Origin: Mobula hypostoma
Taxonomy: Eukaryota
DNA: 64,000 nucleotides
NCBI RefSeq assembly: GCF_963921235.1
Contig: NC_086108.1
Span: 105,402,001-105,466,000, forward strand
Direction of reading: 5' to 3'
The number at the start of each line of letters is the position of its first letter. Positions within the stretch are counted from its first letter, which is position 1. This document shows, in pieces, positions 38,126 to 49,857 of the stretch. The position numbers and the translations under genes were made by a program. The notes under the pieces are model-generated. The model searched no databases. It was not told the origin of the DNA and saw only the letters and a list, made by a program, of their open reading frames with translations.

Positions 38126-39120
38126 TCAGAATCAGAATCAGGTTTAATATCGCTGGCATATGTCGTGAAATTTATATTTATATTTGAGGTGGTTAAATTA
38201 AATAAGCAGTGCAAAAATAGAAGTAAAAATGTAGTGAGGTCGTGTTTGTGGGTTTGATGTCCTTTGAGAAATCTAATCGCAGAGGTGATGAAGCTGCTTC
38301 TGAATTATTGAGTGTGTGTCTTTAGGCTTCTGTACCTCCTTCCTGGTGGAATCAATAAGAACAAGGTATGAACTGGATGATGGTGGTCCTTAATGATGGA
38401 CGCCAACTTTTGAGACGTCGCTCCTCGAAGATGTCCTGGGTACCACGAAGGCTAGTGTCCATGATGGAGTTTATAAATCCCCGCAGCTTATTTTGATCCT
38501 GTACGACAGCTCTCCTCCCCGCTCCACACCAGACAGTGATACAGCAGGTTAGAATGCTCTCCATGGTATATCTGCAGAAATTTGCCAGTGTCTTTGGTAA
38601 CATACCAAATCTCCTCAAACTCCGAACGAAATACAACTGCTGCTGTGCCTTCTTTGTAGCTGCATCAGTATGTTGGGTCCAGGTTAGATCCTCAGAGATA
38701 TTGACACTCAGGAACTTGAAATTGCTCACTCTCTCCACTTTTGAGGCTGGTGTGTGTTCCTTCATCTTAACCTTTCTGAAGTTCACAATCAGTTCTTTGG
38801 TCTCACTGACGTTGAGTGTAAGGTTGGTGCTGCGACACCATTCAACTAGCTGATATATTCCACTCCTGTATGTGCACACGTCACCATCCACATTGTATCA
38901 TTAGCAAATTTATAGATGGCATTTGAGCTGTGCCTGGCCACACAGTCATGGGTGTACAGAGAGTAGAGCAGTGGGCTAAGCACGCCTTCCCTGAGCTGTG
39001 CCAATGTCGATCGCTCGTGAGGTGGAGGTGTTATTTCCAACCCGCACAGGCTACGGGCTTCCGGCAGAGAGAGGTACAGAGGCTGAGGTTCTGGAGCTTG
39101 TACTGAGGGTGTACATGTGC
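38126..39120 (-). mobile_element. Rex1/Babar-like LINE 3' fragment
   Basis: VLSPLLYSLYTHDC...KFANDT; ETKELIVNFRK; NFKFLSV; YFVRSLRRFG; tail tcagaatcagaatcagg. Confidence 0.88.
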
Positions 39121-39153
39121 TGATGGCTGGGAGATCAAGAACTAGAACTAGAA

Positions 39154-39314
39154 CTCTACTGTCAAGATGAAACCACACTCAGGTTGGAGGAACAACACCT
39201 TATATTCCGTCTGGGTAGCCTCCAACCAGATGGCATGAACATTGACTTCTCTAACTTCCGTTAATGCCCCACCTCCCCTTCGTACCCTATCCATTATTTA
39301 TTTATTTATTTATC

Positions 39315-39358
<44 letters not shown>

Positions 39359-39733
39359 CCTCTCTCTCTCTCTCTCCTTTTTCTCCCTCTGTCCCTCTCA
39401 CTATACCCTTTGCCCATCCTCTGGGCTTCCCCCCTCCCCCTTTCTTTCTCCCTAGGCCTCCTGTCCCATGATCCTCTCATATCCCTTTTGCCAATCAACT
39501 GTCCAGCTCTTGGCTCCATCCCTTCCCCCTCCTGTCTTCTCCTTTCATTTCAGATCTCCCCCTCCCCCTCCCACTTTCAAATCTCTTCTTTCAGTTAGTC
39601 CCGACGAAGGGTCTCAGCCCGAAACATCAACTGTACCTCTTCCTATAGATGCTGCCTGGCCTGCTGTGTTCACCAGCAATTTTTATGCGTGTTGCTTGAA
39701 ATTCCAGCATCTGCAGATTTCCTAGTGTTTGCG
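39154..39733 (+). mobile_element. Penelope-like element 3' end: GIY-YIG C-terminus, (CT)n UTR, degenerate HHR, tail; about 10-11-bp TSD
   Basis: 39154-39264 LYCQDETTLRLEEQHLIFRLGSLQPDGMNIDFSNFR*; HHR variant CCGACGA at 39601; (a)agaactagaa on both sides. Confidence 0.9.
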
Positions 39734-41840
39734 AAGAACTAGAAGAAATAAGTTTAGGGTAAGGGGGAGAAATTTAACAAGAACTTTATGGGTAATATAT
39801 TTATACAAAAGGTGACATCAGTGTAAATGAGCTGCCAAGGGAAGTGGTTGGGGCAGGTACAATAACAACATTTAAAAGACCATTGGATTGGAAATATTTA
39901 GAACAGGCATTCACAAACTTTTTAATGTCATGGGCCCCTACTCTTAACCAAGGGGTCCGTGGACACCAGGTTGGTTACAGACCAAAATGGCAAATGGTAC
40001 TAGCTTGGACGGGGTATCCTGGACCTGACAGGCTGAAGAGCCTTTTTTGTGCTGTTTAACTCTACGACAATGAACAGAGAAGATGGAGTGTGACAGATGA
40101 CAAAACTATTCAACTTGTAGACAGCGAGGAGTGGTATTACAATTTACCTGCTGAGGGTTAATTGTGTTTCACAACATCCTCCAACTCCTGGGTAAATTTA
40201 ATCCCCACCAATCTGTAGTGAATTCCTGAGAAGAAAAAATCTAATTTTGAAATCCTATAAATCAGCCATGGGGTGTAGCTCAGTGAGGGCACTCATCAAA
40301 GATCCCAGAGGGCCAGTTAGACAGACAAAGCTATAAAAACCATCTCTTAAGCAGAATTATCTTGGTTAAAAAAAACTGAGCCTGTCATGAATAAAGCACG
40401 ATGATTTACCAGCATACTTCAAGCATATTATTGGAAAGACAATAATTATTTCAGTTCAGATGAAGTTCTCTCAGCTCCTAGGTATCTCTTTCACACTACT
40501 GTGGCTTCATGTGTAATCATCGAGAAAGATGGGCTTCTGAATTATCTGGGGCAAATGTATGTATAATTAGCTGTTTATCTGCAGTGGATTGATATCCTCC
40601 TACCCCCCTCTACCATTCCCCCCCTCCACATTCTACAACATTCTCCACCAGCCTTTAAGAACAGCAGGGAGAAAGAACAAATCTAATTTGGTGAACAAAG
40701 CCTCATTTAACACAGGGGTACCAAGGAATTAATCAAGTTTGTGCCTACTTTAATAGTGGCTTACCCGGCGACAATTTTTAACTGGAATGATTGCACATGC
40801 AGAATCACAGTAAAGTTCCCAACACGCTCGGCCATTTGGCCCATCATGCCTGGGGCATTCAATCTAATAAAGATTTGCTTTACTTGTCGCAAGTGCTTTG
40901 CAACATCGAAACGTGCAGTGAAATACATCGTTTGCGTCAGCAGCCCACACAGTCCATGGTGGTTCTGGGGACAGCGCACAAGTGTCACCGTGCTTCCAGC
41001 ACCATCATAACATGCCCACAACTGACCATTCCTGACCGGTACATCTGCGGAATGTGGGAGGAAAACAGTGGAACATCGTGCAGTCATGGGGAGAACATAG
41101 AAACTCCTTACAGGCAGCAGTGGGAATGGAACCTGGGTTACTAATGTGTAATGCTGTTATGCTAGCTGCCACACTACCGTGATATCACCAGTCCCAATTT
41201 AACTGGGGCAAACCACAGAATTGCTGGAGGAATTCAGCAGGTCAGGCAGCATCTATGGAGGGAAATAAACAGCAGAAATTGTAGATTGAGACTCTCCATC
41301 TGGACTGAAAGTGAGTAGGGACACAGCAATATAAAAAGTATAAGAGGATGAAGGATAAGTAGGGTGAGCAAAATCTGCCAGGTGATAGGTGGATCCCAGT
41401 GAGGGGGAGGGTTTGATAGACGGACAAAGGAGGAGAGAGTGGGAATGATGTCAGAATCTGGGAGGTCATAGGTGGAAGTGACACGACTGAAGATGATGGA
41501 ATTAAATAGGAGAGAAAGGTCGAGCTTGCAACAAAGGGAGAGGAAATATTGGGAGGAGTGTGAGAGTAATGGATGGCTAATTGGTTTATCATTGTCATTT
41601 TCAAGATTTAAGATTGTTTAATGTCATTTCAAGTATACAAGTTTTTAAGGAGAACAAAATACTTGTTACTCCAGATACAATGCAGTACAAAGTAACACAA
41701 TAGTAATAAAAAGCACAATATATATAAACACATAAAATAGCTTATATATGTATATTGATTGTACATCCATAAAGTGAAGCTAGGTACAAGATGTGTATAC
41801 ATAAGGTAACTCTGACAGGAAATGATAAGTTTGGGGGTGT

Positions 41841-42340
41841 GCAACACACATCAAAGTTGCTGGTGAACGCAGCAGGCCAGGCAGCATCTCTAGGAAGAGG
41901 TACAGTCGACGTTTCAGGCTGAGACCCTACGTCAGGACTAACTGAAGGAAGAGCTAGTAAGAGATTTGAAAGTGGGAGGGTGAGGGGGAGATCCAAAATG
42001 ATAACCCCTGCCCATCCTCTGGTTCCCCCCTGCTTCCCCTTTTCCTTCTCCCTGGGCCTCCTGTCCCATGATCCTCTCATATTTCCTTTGCCTATCACCT
42101 GTCCAACTCTTAGCTCCATCCCTCCCCCTCCTGTCTTCTCCTATCATTTAGGATCTCCCCCTCCCCCTCCCACTTTCAAATCTCTTACTAGCTTTTCCTT
42201 CAGTTAGTCCTGACGAAGGGTCTCGGCCTGAAACGTCGATTGTACCTCTTCCTAGAGATGCCGCCTGGCCTGCTGCGTTCACCAGCAACTTTGATGTGTG
42301 TTGCTTGAATTTCCAGCATCTGCAGAATTCCTTGTGTTTG
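41841..42340 (+). mobile_element. Penelope-derived insertion with inverted 5' copy (163-bp arms), 36-nt tail, 13-bp TSD
   Basis: Arms 41841-42003 / 42142-42304; tail 42305-42340; TSD agtttgggggtgt (41828-41840) / aggttgggggtgt (42341-42353). Confidence 0.9.
42206..42241 (+). ncRNA. Minimal type I hammerhead ribozyme motif (PLE-type)
   Basis: AGUC-CUGACGA-AGG-GUCUCGG-CCU-GAAA-CG-UC-GAUU; predicted cleavage after C42237. Confidence 0.7.
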
Positions 42341-42353
42341 AGGTTGGGGGTGT

Positions 42354-42820
42354 GGAGGGGTGGGTTACTGGATGGAGGTGTTGATCAAGGCTTACTGTTT
42401 CTGGAACGTACAGTAACTGTTTTTGCGTCTGGTGGTCCTGACGTTGATGCACAGAGCCTTCTCTCTGAGGGAAGTGAGTCAAAACAGTCCATGATCAAGG
42501 TGAGTGGGATCCTTCATAATGTTACTGGCCCTTTTCTGACACCTCTTTGTATATATACTGGTCCTTTTCTGACACCTCTCTGTATTTATGTCCTTGATGG
42601 CGGGTAGGCTGGTGCTGGTGATGCACTGAGCAGTTTTGACTGCCCGCTGTAGAGCCTTCCTGTCCACTGCGGTACAGTTTCCATGCTGTGCAGTGATGCA
42701 GGTTTGCTAGGATGCTCCCTATTGCGCATCTGTAGAAAGATGTGATATAGCTGGATGTGCACAGCCCAGCTCTCCTCAGCCTCTGCAGAAGGTAGAGGCA
42801 TCAGTGAGCTTTCTTGATTG
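42354..42820 (-). mobile_element. Rex1/Babar-like 3' fragment with a 33-bp local duplication; its UTR continues at about 41600-41840
   Basis: DRKALQRAVKTAQCIT...PAIKDI...ASNIMKDPTH. Confidence 0.8.
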
Positions 42821-43574
42821 AATGAATCAGGCTAGGGTGAAAATCTCTGTCTTACATGCCATCCAGAGGGATCATTCTAAATATAAGTACATGGAGATAG
42901 TAGAAAGGAAGAAGCAACAAACTAATGCAGAATATATTGTTAAAAAAATTGTATGGCCACTGAATGATAAAGGAGCGATGCAGAACTTGAAACTTCCGTC
43001 TTCTAATCATTCAGTCACTCGTTGCCAGAAACCAGAGGCCTTCTCTATTAGGCCACATAGCCAGACTTGCAGTCCTTCAGCTGTTCCTGAACCTGGTGGT
43101 GTGGGACTTCAGGCTCCTGTAACTTATGATAAAGGTTCTCAGCTCAAAGCATCAACTGTTTATTCCTTTTCGTAGATGCTGCCTGACCTGCTGAGTTCCT
43201 CCAGCATTTTGTGTGTGTTAGCACCTGCAGTTTCACAGGACAGCACATTAGCGCAGTGCTTAGCACAGTGCTTTATAGTATAGGCGACCCAGGTTCAATT
43301 GCCTGTAAGGAGTTTGTATGTTCTCTCTGTGACCGTGTGGGTTTCCTCCGGGACCTCCAGTTTACTCCCACAGTTCAAAGACATACCTATTTATTGGCCA
43401 ATGTAAATTGTCCCATGATTAGGTGAGGATTAAAGTAGGGGGTTGCCTGGTGGCCGGGAGGGCCCACAATATGAAGCATCTCAATAAATAAAAAAATATT
43501 TAATTGAACTCGCGTTATATCTCCTTTATCAGGATATATGGTGTATATTTGTCCTGGATTTGCTATTGATAACA

Positions 43575-43742
43575 ATAGACTTTCCGGCATCTTCTCCCTT
43601 CCTTCCTCCTCCTGATGAAGGGTCTCAGCCAGAAACGTCGACTGTTTATTCATTTCCATGGATGCTGCCCGACCTGCTGAGTTTCCTCAGCACTTTATAT
43701 GTGTTACTTTGGATTTCCAGCATCAGCAGACTTTCTCATGCT
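43575..43742 (+). mobile_element. PLE 3' fragment with near-intact HHR core (CUGAUGA at 43612)
   Basis: cctgatgaagggtctcagccagaaacgtcgactg...tccagcatcagcag. Confidence 0.75.
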
Positions 43743-45057
43743 TATATTTTAACACAATTTTGCTTCAAGTAATTAACGATAACAAATACAGCTGTTGTAA
43801 CCTTCAGATTCATTTTACTTTTTAACCCTATCCTTAAATATTAGTTTGATTTCTTTCCATAAGACCATAAGACATAGGAGAAAGATTAGGCCATTTGGCC
43901 CATCGAGTTTGCTCCACTATTCCATCATGTCTGATTTATTATCCCTCTCAACTCCATTCTCCTGACATTTTCCCCGTAACCTGCAACATTCTTTCTTAGG
44001 TAAAGATTCTAAAACTGCTCAAAATATTCTAAATGTGTTCTGACCAATGCCTTATAAAGCCTTAGCATTACATCCATGCTTTTATATTCTAGTCCTCTCA
44101 AAATGAATGCTAACATTGCATTTGCCTTATTTTCTGGCCTTATGTGGCAAAATGCCAAACACATAAAAGTAGGCCATATCAAAGAAAATCAGAATACATT
44201 GTGCAATAAAAATTTAAGTTCCACAAATATTCAAGAACTTATTCTTTGCCTTGTATTTTAAGAAAATTTTACTCTATTAGATAAGCAAATAAAATTTAAG
44301 CATCACTAAAGACCCATGAATCAGCTATTAAAACGATCATAAAACATATTTTGTCAACTGTTCTGCGAATTGCCATCAACGACCTACTTCAAAAGAAGAG
44401 ATTAGTCCAGCGAGATTATCTGAAAACCTTCTAGTCCTTAACCTTTCCAGCAATTTTCCTCTTGGCACGTGGTGTCCTTAAAAAAGCACTCTGTTCTCCG
44501 TAATGCAAATTTAATGCTAATATATGCAGTTTATTCTGCAGCTAAATGCAACCTCCCCAATACTATCCATACTTCCTCCCCCCATCACCCTCCTACATGC
44601 TAATACGGAAAGGGATGTGAAATAGGTGAAAAGATAGGAACTAAGGGCTCAATATTTACGAGTAGGTGGGAGGTCAGAGTCACTTTATGTACGAACACTC
44701 CTGTGCCTAATGTCACTTTATGGACATACAGTCAATATTTACTTTTTATTGAGATACAGATTGGAATAGGCCCTTCCCGCCCTTCGAGCCATACCACCCA
44801 GCACCCCTCCCCGATTGAACCCCAGCCTAATCACAGGACAATTTACAATGACCAATTAACCTACTAATCCATACGTCTTTGGACTGTCGGAGGAAACCCA
44901 CACAGTTATGAGGAGGACGTACAACCTCCTTACAGGCAGCAATAAGGATTGTACCCAGGTCACTGGTACTGTAAAGCGTTGTGCCAACCACTACGCTCCA
45001 TGCTTCATATGGAAGCTATCTTATGTAGTTATATTCATTGCGTATTTTTCTATTATT

Positions 45058-45663
45058 AGATTAGATTATGAGAACACTCAGTCCTCATTTATTGCCATTT
45101 AGAAATGCATGCATGCATTAAGAAATGATACAATGTTTCTCCAGAGCGATATCACAGAAAAACAGGACAAACCAAAGACTGACACTGACAGAACCACCTA
45201 ATTATAACATATAGTTACAGCAGTGCAAAGTAATACCATAATTTGACGAAGAGCAGACCATGGGCACAGTAAAAAAAAGTCTCAAAGTCCAGATCGACTC
45301 CCGAGTCCCCGATAGCAGGTGGCAAAAGGGAGAATCTCCCTTCCATGAACCTCCTGGCACTGACGACTACCGATGCACTGGAAGCACCCGACAACAGCCG
45401 ACACTGAGTCCGTCCGTCCGAAAACTTCCAGCCTCTGACCAGCCCCTCCAGTACAGCCTCCCGAGCGCCTCCGACCTAGCCCCGGCCGCCAAAACAAGCA
45501 AAGCCGAGGATTCGGGGCCTTCTCCTCCGGAGATTCTGGACCACGCAGTAGCAGCGGCAGAGAAGCAGGCATTTCAGAAGTTTCTCCAGATGTTCCTCAG
45601 TACTCTCACATCTGTCTTCATCAAATCAGAATTGTGCACGGTACCTACTTGACAGATTACAAA
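45058..45663 (-). mobile_element. Non-autonomous retroposon, GC-rich body with LINE-like 3' end
   Basis: Interrupts a Rex1-type UTR; short TSD tattat; no coding homology recognised. Confidence 0.5.
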
Positions 45664-46364
45664 TATTATGTTCCTTATCTTATTGTGGCTTTATTTTTGA
45701 GCTGTATCAGATCTGGAGTAACAATTATTTCATTCTCCTTTACACTTGCGTACTGGAAATGACACTAAACTATCTTGAATCTTGAGGGAGTGGGCTACTG
45801 AGTGAGGGGGAGGGAGAGGAATCATTGGGCGTGCAGAATTTTTGGTGAATTTAACAGTAAAATTATATTAGCATTTTTAAAACCTACGTCCCCATCCAGC
45901 AGGCAGGCAGGCAGCCAGCCTGATAAAGGAATTTACTTAGCAAAGGTTGAATGAGCAGATAAATATAGCATTCTTTTACAAATGTATGCATACACTTACA
46001 TTAGATGACTTTGTATCTAAATGTTCATAAAGCGAAGCTTTTGATGAGTGCAATTGAAGCTAAACTGTGTTTTGGTAAATAGATTCCTCTCACTGACATT
46101 TCTTATCACTCATGACCTAAGCTTTGAAATTGTCTTCCCTCAGGCTCTGAATAGCTACAGCTCCTCACAAGCTCAGACACAAGAAATGATGCCTTCCCAG
46201 ATCTGAACACCGCTCGACTTTCTTGCTTGAAAGTCGCCTGCCATGGTTGAGTTTTGTAGGGAGGCTGCAACATAAGTTGTGCTCGGGGCAAGAATCTTTG
46301 CTTGAAAGAGTTGCAAACAAGAAAAAAGCAAAATTAAATATACCAGCATCTCAACATCAAAATG

Positions 46365-46500
46365 CACTCAGTGGCCACTTTATTAGGTACACTGTACACC
46401 TGCTTGTTAATGTAAGTACCTAATCAGCCAATCATGCGGTAGCAACTCAACGCATGAAAAAATGCAGACTTAGTCAAGTTGTTGTTCAAACTAAACATCA
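46365..46500 (+). mobile_element. Tc1-like transposon left end
   Basis: TIR cactcagtggccactttattaggtaca, also present at 58308-58332 next to a Tc1 HTH fragment. Confidence 0.7.
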
Positions 46501-47129
46501 AGTGATCAATGCAAGAGTCCATAACAGTGCGTTAGAAGCTTTCCCTGAGCCTGGTGATACATGCTTTCAAGTTTTTCTATCCTCTGTTAGACAAGAGAGG
46601 GGAGGTAAGAGAAGGCTGGGGGTGGGTGGCTGGAGTGTTTTATTATGCTGGCTGCTTTATTTAGGCAGGAAAGAGAATAAACAGAGTAAACAGAGGGGAG
46701 ATTGGTTCTCACTGTTCTCTCTAAGCTGCACGGCTGTGCGGAGACTAAAATGCCCCCACACTCATAGCCTTGGTTGTTGCACAGCTGGAATTTCCTTCTA
46801 TATAACCTCAATATAATTTTGAAATTATGCTTATATAATTTTGAAATATATGTTAATATAACTGAGAAATATTGATTATGGGTTAATTAGTAATCCATAT
46901 ATTTTTAAAATAATAAATGTACTACAGCCTTCAGCTTCAAAAAATTAGAGTTTTAACATTACATTGTCAGTATTTCAAGTTACGACACTATTATAAATTG
47001 TAACCATAAACACAAAATTGAAGTTGGTAGCTCATTGTTAATAAACTGCCGGCCCGCTGAACACCGACGCTATCTAGTCAAAACATTTTATTTTTGCCAT
47101 TGTGCCTGTCAGTTGTTTTGATTGCCTGA

Positions 47130-47450
47130 TATCGTGGCCTAAAGTAGAAGGAGATGAGTTGTACAGCTCTCTTTACGTGCACGTGCAGCTCAGCTCTTTG
47201 AGTGAAAATGCAGAAAGTTTGAAGTTAATCTCCTTCTACCTTAAGCCACGAACTTATCAATCACCCCTGCTGTGGACCACTTTCTGGAGGTCCAAGACAC
47301 CGACTTCTACAAAGAAGGGATCCATATGCTCCACGACCGCTGGACTAAGTGTGTAAATGTAGGAGGGGAATATGCTGAAAAATATATATGGTAGGCTTTC
47401 TAAAATTGACTCTTTCTACCTTAGGCCACAAACTTATCAATCACCCCTCG
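47130..47450 (+). mobile_element. Mariner-derived MITE with three TIR copies and a transposase C-terminus remnant
   Basis: 47269-47382 AVDHFLEVQDTDFYKEGIHMLHDRWTKCVNVGGEYAEK; right TIR ...aacttatcaatcacccctcg followed by TA at 47451-47452. Confidence 0.85.
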
Positions 47451-47687
47451 TATGTGTGTTTCCTCCGGCTGATCCAGTCTCCTCCCACACTCCAAAGATA
47501 CACTGTTGGTAAGCTAATTGGTCATTGTCAATTGATGTGCATCGGTGGCCTGGCTCAAAGGTCCAGATGAAGTCTGATGAAGGGTCTTGGCCTGAAAGAT
47601 CGAATATTTATTCTTTTCCATAGATACTGCCTGGTCTGTTGAGTTCCTCCAGTATTTCATGTGTGTTACTTTGATATCTTTGTTACT

Positions 47688-49857
47688 TTTAATTCGGGAA
47701 GGGCAAATTATGAGACTACAAGGCTAGAGCTTGCGGGTGTGAATTGGGATGATGTTTTTGCAGGGTAATGTACTATGGACATGTGGTTGATGTTTAGAGA
47801 TCTCTTGCGGGATGTTAGGGATAAATTTGTCCCGGTGAGGAAGATAAAGAATGGTAGGGCGAAGGAACCATGGGTGACAAGTGAGGTGGAAAATCTAGTC
47901 AGGTGGAAGAAGGCAGCATACATGAGGTTTAGGAAGCAGAGATCAGAGGGGTCTATTGAGGAATATAGGGAAGCAAGAAAGGAGCTTAAGAAGGGGCTTA
48001 GAAGAGCAAGAAGGGGGCATGAGAAGGCCTTGGCGAGTAGGGTACAGGAAAACCCCAAGGCATTCTTCAATTATGTGAAGAAAAAAAGGATGACAGGAGT
48101 GAAGGTAGGACCGATTAGAGATAAAAGTGGGAAGATGTGCCTGGAGGCTGTGGAAGTGAGCGAGGTCCTCAATGAATACTTCTCTTCGGTATTCACCAAT
48201 GAGAGGGAACTTAATGATGGTGAGGACAATATGAGTGAGGTTGATGTTCTGGAGCATGTTGATATTAAGGGAGAGGAGTGTTGGAGTTGTTAAAATACAT
48301 TAGGACGGATAAGTCCCCGGGACCTGACAGAATATTCCCCAGGCTGCTCCACGAGACGAGGGAAGAGATTGCTGAGCCTCTGGCTAGGATCTTTATGTCC
48401 TCGTTGTCCATGGGAATGGTACCGGAGGACTGGAGGTAGGCAAATGTTGTCCCCTTGTTCAAAAAAGGTAGTAGGGATAGTCTGGGTAATTATAGACCAG
48501 TGAGCCTTACGTCTGTGGTGGGAAAGCTGTTGGAAAAGATTCTTAGGGATAGGATCTCTGGGCATTTAGAGAATTATGGTCTGATCAGGGACAGTCAGCA
48601 TGGCTTTGTGAAGGGCAGATCATGTCTAACAAGCCTGATAGAGTTCTTTGAGGGGGTGACCAGGCATATAGATGAGGGTAGTGCAGTGGATGTGATCTAT
48701 ATGGATTTTAGTAAGGCATTTGACAAGGTTCCACGTGGTAGGTTTATTCAGAAAGTCAGAAGGCATGGGATCCAGTGAAGTTTGGCCAGGTGGATTCAGA
48801 ATTGGCTTGCCTGCAGAAGGCAGAGGGTCGTGGTGGAGGGAGTACATTCGAATGGAGGATTGTGACTAGTGGTGTCCCACAAGGATCTGTTCTGGGACCT
48901 CTACTTTTCGTGATTTTTATTAACGACCTGGATGTGGGGGTAGAAGGGTGAGTTGGCAAGTTTGCAGATGACACAAAAGTTGGTGGTGTTGTAGATAGTG
49001 TAGAGTATTGTCGAAGATTGCAAAGAGACATTGATAGGATGCAGAAGTGGGCTGAGAAGTGGCAGATGGAGTTCAACCTGGAGAAGTGTGAGGAGGTACA
49101 CTTTGGAAGGGCAAACTCCAAGACAGAGTACAAAGTAAATGGCAGGATACTTGGTAGTGTGGAGGAGCAGAGGGATCTGAGGGTACATGTCCACAGATCC
49201 CTGAAAGTTGCCTCACATGTGGATGGAGTAGTTAAGAAAGCTTATGGGGTGTTAGCTTTCATAAGTCAAGGGACAGAGTTTAAGAGTCGCGATGTAATGA
49301 TGCAGCTCTATAAAACTCTGGTTAGGCCACACTTGGAGTACTGTGTCCAGTTCTGGTCACCTCACTATAGGAAGGATGTGGAAGCATTGGAAAGGGTACA
49401 GAGGAGATTTAACAGGATGCTGCCTGGTTTAGAGAGTATGCATTATGATCAGAGATTAAGGGAGCTAGGGCTTTAATCTCTGGAGAGAAGGAGGATGAGA
49501 GGAGACATGATAGAGGTGTACAAGATAATAAGAGGAATAGATAGAGTGGATAGCCAGCGCCTCTTCCCCAGGGCACCACTGCTCAATACAAGAGGACATG
49601 GCTTTAAGGTAAGAGGTGGGAAGTTCAAGGGGGATATTAGAGGAAGGTTTTTTACTCAGAGAGTGGTTGGTGCGTGGAATGCACTGCCTGAGTCAGTGGT
49701 GGAGGCAGATACACTAGTGAAGTTTAAGAGACTACTAGACAGGTATATGGAGGAATTTAAGGTGGGGGCTTATATGGGAGGCAGGGTTTGAAGGTCGGCA
49801 CAACATTGTGGGCCGAAGGGCCTGTACTGTGCTGTACTATTCTATGTTCTATGTTCA
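47688..49857 (+). mobile_element. 5'-truncated CR1 LINE, disrupted ORF2; (CTATGTT)n tail
   Basis: ORFs 47775-49791 with YRPVSLTS, QHGF, DFSKAFDKV, TRGH. Confidence 0.93.

Noticed and set aside
40765..40863. Possible 99-nt minus-strand exon (AG...GTAAG)
   Set aside because: Peptide unrecognised; it abuts a SINE tail and contains a CR1-3'UTR-like motif; no partner exons
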